Source: an uncultured Actinomycetota bacterium (GTDB taxonomy: Bacteria; Actinomycetota; Actinomycetes; JAHEKZ01). Taken from it: DNA of 64,000 nt. The DNA lies in NCBI GenBank assembly GCA_963718235.1, contig CAVQYR010000002.1:512001-576000 (forward strand), read 5' to 3'. Positions within the stretch are counted from its first letter, which is position 1. Every line of letters starts with the position of its first letter. The position numbers and the translations under genes are program-made. The notes beneath the pieces were generated by a model. The model made no database searches. It saw only the letters and a list, made by a program, of their open reading frames with translations, and was not told where the DNA came from. Shown piece after piece: positions 57,283-64,000 of the stretch.

Positions 57283-58199
57283 GAGCGCCCCCTGGACAGC
57301 GACCTCTTGAGCCGTTGGATGGGCGTGGGCGGAAGGTTGCGCGTGGCCCCCTTGGCGTAGTGGCGTTCGATGTAGAACTGCCCGACCATCAGGATCGAGG
57401 TCAGGGCGAGGTACCACAGGCTGGCCATGATGGCCATGGGGAAGGGCTGGAACAGCCGGTTGCCTATGGCTTGCGCTTGGAAGAGAAGCTCCGTCGACAG
57501 TGGGATGGCGATCACCAGGGAGGTGGTCTTCAGCATCGAGATCGTCTCGTTGCCCGTCGGGGGAACGATGACCCGCATCGCCTGTGGGAAGACGACACGA
57601 CGGAAGCTCTGTCCGCGGCTCATGCCGAGTGCGGTCGCGGCCTCCGTCTGGCCCTCGTCGACGCTGAGCAACCCGGCCCGCACGATCTCGGCGAGGTACG
57701 CCGCCTCGTTGAGCCCCAGGCCGAGGAGTGCGGCGACGAAGGCCGGGATGAGTGTTCTCGTGTCGAACGAGAACCACTCTGGCCCGAACGGGATCCCCAG
57801 GGCGAGCTCGTTGTACAGGGCGATGAAGTTGCCCCACAGGAACAGCTGGACGTAGATCGGTGTGCCTCGGAAGACCCACAGGTAGACCCATGCCGACCCG
57901 GTGAAGACCGGGTTCGGGGACAGACGCATCACGGCCAGGATGACGCCACCGACGATGCCGATGATCATCGACAGCACGGTCAGCGTCAGAGTGATCCCGA
58001 CGCCCTTGATGATGGGCTCGGCGAACATCCACTCGAAGACGAGCCCCCAGTTCCAGTTGGGGTTCGTGAGGATGCTGTGCACCAGCATCGCGAAGAGCAA
58101 CGCGATGAAGGCCCCACCGACCCAGCGCCAAGGGTGCCGAACCGGAATGGCCTCAATGGCCTCGGGCCGTTGTGGTTCGGTCGTCACCGGCGCGGTCAC
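57279..58199 (-). CDS. Polar amino-acid ABC transporter permease
   Basis: FRGTP, NEAAYLAEIVRAG, GQTEAA.ALG, PQAMR, LKTTSL. Confidence 0.93.
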   Translation of the reverse strand: MTAPVTTEPQRPEAIEAIPVRHPWRWVGGAFIALLFAMLVHSILTNPNWNWGLVFEWMFAEPIIKGVGITLTLTVLSMIIGIVGGVILAVMRLSPNPVFTGSAWVYLWVFRGTPIYVQLFLWGNFIALYNELALGIPFGPEWFSFDTRTLIPAFVAALLGLGLNEAAYLAEIVRAGLLSVDEGQTEAATALGMSRGQSFRRVVFPQAMRVIVPPTGNETISMLKTTSLVIAIPLSTELLFQAQAIGNRLFQPFPMAIMASLWYLALTSILMVGQFYIERHYAKGATRNLPPTPIQRLKRSLSRGRS

Positions 58200-59128
58200 G
58201 AAGTGACGGGGTTGATCTCAGACGTGGTGATGGCACCGTCACCGACGCCCCACCCGTCGAGGATGGTCTGGTAGGTACCGTCGTCGATCAGGGCCTGGAC
58301 CGCACCCTGGATCGCCTCGGCGAAGTCCGACGCATCCTTCGGGACGACGATTCCGTAGGGCGCCGAGTCGTAGATGTCACCTGTCCCTTCGAGCTGGCCG
58401 TTCGTCTGCTCGATCGCGTACGCAATGACTGTGGAGTCGGCCAAGACCGCATCTGCCTTGCCTGACACAACCGCCCCGGTCGCCTCGGACTGCTGGACGT
58501 ACTGCTGGATGGTGATGGGTTCTTCGCCGGCGTCTGTGCACGTCGTCGATCGGGCGGTGAGGTCATCGACCTGGACGGTTGCCTTCTGCACGGCCACGAT
58601 GTGACCGCAGGCCGTGTCCGGCGTGATGTCGGCTGGGTTGCCCGACGCCACTGCCCACAACGTGCCGGCGGAGTAGTAGCTGATCATCTTCGACTCTTGC
58701 TCACGCTCGGCCGTGATCGTGAACGAGGACATTCCGACGTCGTAGCGGCCCTTGTTCACCCCGACGATGATGGAGTCGAAACTGGCGTTCTGGAACTCCC
58801 CGTCGAGACCGAGCTTGGCTGCGATGGCCACGCCCAGGTCGACGTCGAACCCGACGATCGTGGTGCCGTCCTCGGCGAAGAACTCACTGGGTGCGTATGA
58901 CGCGTCGGTGCCGTAGAGGATCTTTCCGTCGCTGCTGATGTCCGAGGGGACCATCGCAGCGAGGGCGTCATCGGCAGTGACCGAGGCCGGGTCGAAGCTC
59001 TGGGACGCGCCCGCTGCGTCGCTTCCCCCGCCGCCATCGTCACTACCCCCGCAGGCAGCCAGCACAAGGGTGGTGCTCAGACCCAGGGCGGCGAAGGCAA
59101 GAATCTGGCGTCGTGTCGAGAGGGTCAC
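58196..59128 (-). CDS. Polar amino-acid ABC transporter substrate-binding lipoprotein
   Basis: Lipobox LAAC, YAPSEF, GFDVDL, FDSII, SSFTITAERE, PYGI. Confidence 0.92.
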   Translation of the reverse strand: MTLSTRRQILAFAALGLSTTLVLAACGGSDDGGGGSDAAGASQSFDPASVTADDALAAMVPSDISSDGKILYGTDASYAPSEFFAEDGTTIVGFDVDLGVAIAAKLGLDGEFQNASFDSIIVGVNKGRYDVGMSSFTITAEREQESKMISYYSAGTLWAVASGNPADITPDTACGHIVAVQKATVQVDDLTARSTTCTDAGEEPITIQQYVQQSEATGAVVSGKADAVLADSTVIAYAIEQTNGQLEGTGDIYDSAPYGIVVPKDASDFAEAIQGAVQALIDDGTYQTILDGWGVGDGAITTSEINPVTS

Positions 59129-59327
59129 AGGAGTTTCCTTCCAATGGTGCGGAACCGAACAGAATGACTGCCCTCGCAGCTGGTGGCCTGCGGACCAGGA
59201 CAGTTGCGCCTGGGTCGAAACTTTCACCAAACCCGGCGCTCGGCACCGTCCGGATGATCACGATTCCGTCACGGTCCCGCCGGACGTGTCGTACGCAGAT
59301 GACAGCTCAGAACTCAAGGGGCCGAGG

Positions 59328-60365
59328 TCACACAAACCTCGGTGCGGTCTCGCCGACCGCCGCGGCAAACCGGTCGACGTCGTCCTCGGTGGTGTCCCAC
59401 GAGCACATCCAGCGAACCTCGTGGGTGGCCTCGTCCCACTCGTAGAAGTGGAACTGGTCCTGCAGCACCTTGACTGCTTCGCCGGGCAGGGTGGCGAAGA
59501 CACCGTTCGCCTGGACCTTCTGGGTCAGGACCACACCGTCGACGCCCTCGACCGCGGTCGCGAGACGTCGGGCCATGGCGTTGGCGTGCGACGCGTTGTG
59601 TCGCCACAGGTCGTCACTGAGCAGGGCCAGGAACTGAGCGGAGATGAACCGCATCTTGCTGGCCAGCTGCATCTGCTGCTTGCGGATGAACAGCGCGTTG
59701 CTGGCGAGGTCAGGGCGGAAGAACACGACGGCCTCGCCCCCGACGAGGCCGTTCTTCGTGCCGCCGAAGGAGAGCACGTCGACACCGCAGTCACCGGTGG
59801 TCTCGCGCAGCTCGACACCCAGCCCCGCGGCCGCATTGCTGATCCGGGCGCCGTCCATGTGCAGGTACATGTCGAGGGAGTGCGCGGTGTCGGCGAGGTC
59901 GCGGATCTCGTCGGGGGAGTAGACGGTGCCGACCTCCGTGGACTGAGTGATCGACACCACCCTCGGCTGCGACCGGTGCTCGTCGCCGATCCCGGTGTGG
60001 GTGGATCGGACGAGGTCCGGCGTGAGCTTGCCGTCCGGCGTCTCGAGGTCGATCAGCTTGCTCCCGAGGTGACGCTCCGGAGCCCCGCACTCGTCGATGT
60101 GGATGTGCGCGGTGCGCGCGCAGACCACGCTCTCCCAGGTGCGCAGCAGGGCCTGCAGCCCCACGACGTTCGCGCCGGTGCCGTTGAAGACGAAGAAGAC
60201 CTCGACCTGCTCGCCCAGCAGCTCGCGAAACCGGCTCACGGCATCGGCCGTGGTGGGGTCGGCGCCGTAGGAGGTGACGTGGCCCACGTTGACCTCGGCG
60301 AGGGCGGCCAGCACGTCTGGGTGCGCCCCTGCGTAGTTGTCGCTGGCGAATCCACGCTGGCTCAT
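59328..60365 (-). CDS. ltaE: Low-specificity L-threonine aldolase
   Basis: FASDNYAG, NGTGAN, ECGAPE, HMDGAR, FGGTKNG, QLASKMRF. Confidence 0.9.
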   Translation of the reverse strand: MSQRGFASDNYAGAHPDVLAALAEVNVGHVTSYGADPTTADAVSRFRELLGEQVEVFFVFNGTGANVVGLQALLRTWESVVCARTAHIHIDECGAPERHLGSKLIDLETPDGKLTPDLVRSTHTGIGDEHRSQPRVVSITQSTEVGTVYSPDEIRDLADTAHSLDMYLHMDGARISNAAAGLGVELRETTGDCGVDVLSFGGTKNGLVGGEAVVFFRPDLASNALFIRKQQMQLASKMRFISAQFLALLSDDLWRHNASHANAMARRLATAVEGVDGVVLTQKVQANGVFATLPGEAVKVLQDQFHFYEWDEATHEVRWMCSWDTTEDDVDRFAAAVGETAPRFV

Positions 60366-61069
60366 GCAGGGCTCCCGGAGTACAGGCGAAGACGTTGACC
60401 GTTCATCGTGGCGGCGGCGTCGGAGGACAGGTAGACGAGAGCGTCGGCGATCACCTCGGCGGACACGAAGGAGGGGCCGCCCTTGGCCGGGTCGGCGGCC
60501 CGCATCTGCGGGGTGAGGATGGCCGGCACCACGACGATGTTCGCCGTGGCGGAACACCCGGCGAGCTCGTCAGCCAGGGCCAGGGTGACAGCCTCGGCAG
60601 CGGCCTTGCCCGCTGCGTAGGCGGCGTTGGTCGACGTCGGTGCCAGCGCCTGCGGCGACGACACGATCGCGAACCGACCTGCCGGTGACGCCTTGAGCGC
60701 AGGGGTGAACGCCCGGATGACGTTGACCGTCGTGCGGACGAGCCCGTCGTACAGCTGCGCCCAGTCGTCGAGGCTCTGCTCGTGCACCGGGCGGCCCCCG
60801 CGCCACCCACCGACCAGGTGCCACACGAGGTCGACGTCGTCGACGAGGGACGCCGCCAGCTCAGTGACCGCGGTGGGGTCGATCAGGTCGACGGGGTGGG
60901 ACCCGGCCACCGCGGGGCCCAGCTCGGCCGCGAGCCCGGCGAGTGCGGTCGGGTCGCGGCCGACGAGGTGGACCGAGGCGCCAGCAGCAGCAGCTGCCGC
61001 GCAGGCCACCGGCCCGAGCCCGCCCGTCGCACCCGTGACCAGCAGCCGACGCCCGGCCAGCGGACTCAT
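60362..61069 (-). CDS. Short-chain dehydrogenase/reductase
   Basis: VTGATGGLG, YAAGK. Confidence 0.85.
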   Translation of the reverse strand: MSPLAGRRLLVTGATGGLGPVACAAAAAAGASVHLVGRDPTALAGLAAELGPAVAGSHPVDLIDPTAVTELAASLVDDVDLVWHLVGGWRGGRPVHEQSLDDWAQLYDGLVRTTVNVIRAFTPALKASPAGRFAIVSSPQALAPTSTNAAYAAGKAAAEAVTLALADELAGCSATANIVVVPAILTPQMRAADPAKGGPSFVSAEVIADALVYLSSDAAATMNGQRLRLYSGSPA

Positions 61070-61251
61070 GACGGGTCGTCCGGGTCGTCGTCGAGGCGGG
61101 CGAGCCAGGTGGCGAGCCGCTCGACCGGCGTCTCGAAGTCCGGGTTCAGGTCGACGAACTCGCGCAACCGCTCGGCCAGCCAGTCCAGGCTCACCTGCTC
61201 GTCGCCCCGTCGCTGCTGCAGCTCCTCGATGCCGCGGTCGGTGAAGTACAT
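61066..61251 (-). CDS. DUF6104 family small protein
   Basis: MYFTDRGIEEL..RRG.E...WLAERL..FVDLNPDFETPVERLATWLARLD. Confidence 0.8.
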   Translation of the reverse strand: MYFTDRGIEELQQRRGDEQVSLDWLAERLREFVDLNPDFETPVERLATWLARLDDDPDDPS

Positions 61252-61252
61252 G

Positions 61253-64000
61253 TCAGGCGAAGGCCGCTTCGACGATCTCCCGCTGCTCGCGCTCGTGCGA
61301 CTGGTGCGAACCGCCGGCCGGGGCGGAGCTCGCGGGTCGGGAGACTCGGGTCAGGGAGTGACCCAGCGCCTCGGCGAGGTTCAGCGCCACGAAGGGCCAG
61401 GCTCCCTGGTTCGCCGGTTCCTCCTGGACCCAGCGTAGCTCGGCGTCCCCGTACTTGGCGATGGCGTGGAAGACCGGCTGGGCGGGCAGGGGGTACAGCC
61501 GCTCGACGCGCACCAGCGCGGTGTCGGTGATGCCGTGCTTGTCGCGGTAGGCGGCCAGGTCGTAGTAGACCTTGCCGGTCGACAGCACCACCTTGCGCAC
61601 CTCGGACTGGTCGACGCTCTCGTCGTCGATGACGGGACGGAAGTGACCGCTGGTGAAGTCGGCCGTCGCGCTGACCGCCGCCTTGTTGCGCAGCATCGAC
61701 TTCGGCGTGAACAGCACGAGAGGACGTCGAACCGGCGACAGCGCCTGCCACCGGAGCAGGTGGAAGAGGTTGGCTGGCGTCGTGAGGTTGGCGATGGTCA
61801 TGTTGTCCTGCGCCCCCATCTGCAGGAACCGCTCGATGCGCGCGGACGAGTGGTCGGGACCTTGCCCCTCGTAGCCGTGCGGAAGCAGGAGGACGACGCT
61901 GGACCGTTGGCCCCACTTCTGCTCTCCGGAGGAGATGAACTCGTCGATGATCGTCTGGGCGCCGTTGACGAAGTCGCCGAACTGCGCCTCCCACATGACC
62001 AGGGCGTCGGGTCGCGCCACCGAGTAGCCGTACTCGAATCCGACGGCGGCGAACTCACTGAGCGGGCTGTCGTACACGTACAGCCGAGAGCCCTTCTCGT
62101 ACATGCGCTTCAACGGCTTGTAGGCCCACCCGCTGTTGCGGTCGATGATGACCATGTGCCGCTGCCCGAAGGTGCCGCGGCGGGAGTCCTGTCCGGCGAG
62201 GCGCACGGACACTCCGTCGGCGAGCAGCGACCCGATGGCGAGCGTCTCGCCCATGGCCCAGTCGATCGTGTCGTCGGTGACCATCTGCGCACGTCGCTGC
62301 AGCTGCGGGGCCAGCCGGTGGTGCACGGAGAATCCCTCGGGCAGGTTCAGCTGCGTGTCGACCACGCCGTCGATCACCGAACGCTCCACAGCCGTCGGAA
62401 CGTCGCGCTCGGGGGTCTGGGGGGCCAGGGTGACCTCACCGCGCTGCTCGACCTCGGTGACGGGCTCGATGTCGGGTGAGTCCTCGCCGGAGCCACGGGT
62501 CTCGGTGAAGACCTTCTCCAGCTGCTGCTGGTAGTCACGCAGCGCCTGCTCGGCCTCCTCGACGGAGATGTCCCCGCGCCCGACCAGGGCCTCGGTGTAC
62601 AGCTTGCGCACCGATCGCTTGGCGTCGATGACGTTGTACATCAGAGGCTGGGTCAGCGACGGGTCGTCGGCCTCGTTGTGCCCGCGGCGCCGGTAGGACA
62701 TCAGGTCGATGACGACGTCCTTCTTGAACGCCTGACGGAACTGGAAGGCGAGCTGGGCCACGCGCACGACCGCCTCAGGGTCGTCACCGTTGACGTGGAA
62801 GATGGGGGACTGCACGGTGCGGGCGACGTCGGTCGCGTACACGCTGGAGCGCGCGGCGGCCGGAGCGGTGGTGAACCCGACCTGGTTGTTCACGACGACG
62901 TGGATGGAGCCGCCCGTGCGGTACCCCCGCAGCTGGGACAGCTCCAGGGTCTCGGCCACCACTCCCTGCCCGGCGAAGGCCGCGTCGCCGTGCAGCAGCA
63001 GGGGGAGGACGGTGAAGCCGTGCTCGCCCAGTCCGAGGATGTCCTGCTTGGCCCGGGCGAAGCCCTCCAGGACCGGGTCGACCGCCTCGAGGTGGCTGGG
63101 GTTGGAGACGAGCGAGACGGCGACCGTCGAGCCGTCGGCCGCCTTGAACGTGCCCGCGGCGCCGAGGTGGTACTTGACGTCCCCGGACCCCTGCACCGCG
63201 TGGACGTCGAGGTTACCCTCGAACTCCCGGAAGATCTGGCCGTAGCTCTTGCCGACGATGTTGGCCAGCACGTTCAGCCGGCCACGGTGGGGCATGCCGA
63301 CGGTGACCTCGTGCAGGCCGGCCTGCGCCGCCTCGGTCAGGATCTCGTCGAGCAGGGGGATGACCGACTCGCTGCCCTCGAGGGAGAAGCGCTTCTGGCC
63401 CACGTACTTGGTCTGCAGGAAGGTCTCGAACGCCTCGGCACCGTTGAGCCGGCGCAGGATGCGCAGCTGCTCGTCCTGGCTGGGGCGCTCGTGGGGGCGC
63501 TCGACCCGCTCCTGGATCCACCGGCGCTGGTCGGGGTCCTGGATGTGCATGTACTCGATCCCGACCGTGCGGGCGTAGGAGTCACGCAGGACGCCGAGGA
63601 TGTCGCGCAGCTGCATGAGCGGCTGGCCGCCGAAACCCCCGGTGGCGAACTCGCGGTCGAGGTCCCACAGGGTCAGCCCGTGGTTGACCAGGTCGAGGTC
63701 GGGGTGCCGCCTCTGCTCGTACTCCAGAGGGTCGGTGTCGGCCATCAGGTGGCCACGCACGCGGTAGGCGTGGATGAGCTCTTGCACCCGCGCCGTCTTG
63801 TTGATGTCGTCCTCGTGCGAGGCCGTGATGTCGGACACCCAGCGGATCGGCTCGTAGGGGATCCGCAAGGCGCCGAAGATGGTGTCGTAGAAGTCGTCGT
63901 CACCGAGCAGCAGGGCATGTACCCGGCGCAGGAAGTCCCCGGACTGAGCGCCCTGGATGATCCGGTGGTCGTAGGTCGAGGTGAGCGTGACCACCTTGCT
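61253..64000 (-). CDS. kgd: Multifunctional 2-oxoglutarate decarboxylase/dehydrogenase (E2-like + E1 fusion); 5' part outside the window
   Basis: [12 protein letters not shown] (E2-like), [57 protein letters not shown]. Confidence 0.96.
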   Translation of the reverse strand, partial: SKVVTLTSTYDHRIIQGAQSGDFLRRVHALLLGDDDFYDTIFGALRIPYEPIRWVSDITASHEDDINKTARVQELIHAYRVRGHLMADTDPLEYEQRRHPDLDLVNHGLTLWDLDREFATGGFGGQPLMQLRDILGVLRDSYARTVGIEYMHIQDPDQRRWIQERVERPHERPSQDEQLRILRRLNGAEAFETFLQTKYVGQKRFSLEGSESVIPLLDEILTEAAQAGLHEVTVGMPHRGRLNVLANIVGKSYGQIFREFEGNLDVHAVQGSGDVKYHLGAAGTFKAADGSTVAVSLVSNPSHLEAVDPVLEGFARAKQDILGLGEHGFTVLPLLLHGDAAFAGQGVVAETLELSQLRGYRTGGSIHVVVNNQVGFTTAPAAARSSVYATDVARTVQSPIFHVNGDDPEAVVRVAQLAFQFRQAFKKDVVIDLMSYRRRGHNEADDPSLTQPLMYNVIDAKRSVRKLYTEALVGRGDISVEEAEQALRDYQQQLEKVFTETRGSGEDSPDIEPVTEVEQRGEVTLAPQTPERDVPTAVERSVIDGVVDTQLNLPEGFSVHHRLAPQLQRRAQMVTDDTIDWAMGETLAIGSLLADGVSVRLAGQDSRRGTFGQRHMVIIDRNSGWAYKPLKRMYEKGSRLYVYDSPLSEFAAVGFEYGYSVARPDALVMWEAQFGDFVNGAQTIIDEFISSGEQKWGQRSSVVLLLPHGYEGQGPDHSSARIERFLQMGAQDNMTIANLTTPANLFHLLRWQALSPVRRPLVLFTPKSMLRNKAAVSATADFTSGHFRPVIDDESVDQSEVRKVVLSTGKVYYDLAAYRDKHGITDTALVRVERLYPLPAQPVFHAIAKYGDAELRWVQEEPANQGAWPFVALNLAEALGHSLTRVSRPASSAPAGGSHQSHEREQREIVEAAFA

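Noticed and set aside
110-63585. Many long ORFs in the track (e.g. 110-1753 +, 4508-6691 +, 10298-12379 +, 25750-28197 +, 40700-42694 -)
   Set aside because: They are antisense or shifted shadows of recognisable genes, expected at high GC; they are Arg/Gly/Pro-rich with no family motifs.

Overview
High-GC actinomycete chromosomal segment with about 70 CDSs and no rRNA, tRNA, CRISPR array or intact transposase. The right half follows the conserved actinobacterial backbone: hisN, rsgA, aroA, SRAP, sigR/sigH, rsrA, bL37, HD-GYP pair, biotinyl carrier, whiB1, sodN/sodX, polar amino-acid ABC transporter, threonine aldolase, DUF6104 and kgd. The left half is mostly accessory metabolic, transport and secreted genes. 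Five genes carry single-base frameshifts that look like assembly errors. Best candidate for an undescribed system (37.4-43.6 kb): an unannotated 21-aa ORF (MSKIVAAVERALAAGAGWAWN, 39139-39204) with a strong RBS, enclosed by a 27-bp long-range inverted repeat (38988-39014 / 39212-39238). It lies directly upstream of an active plus degenerate pair of membrane HD-GYP c-di-GMP phosphodiesterases, divergent from two uncharacterised genes and near an orphan pilT. Other notable items: a group II PLP decarboxylase fused to a cNMP-binding domain, a peptidase S51-like domain fused to a CysRS-type C-terminal domain, and a probable integrative-element remnant inserted in the 3' end of sodN. All family assignments come from motif recognition by eye; no database search was run.
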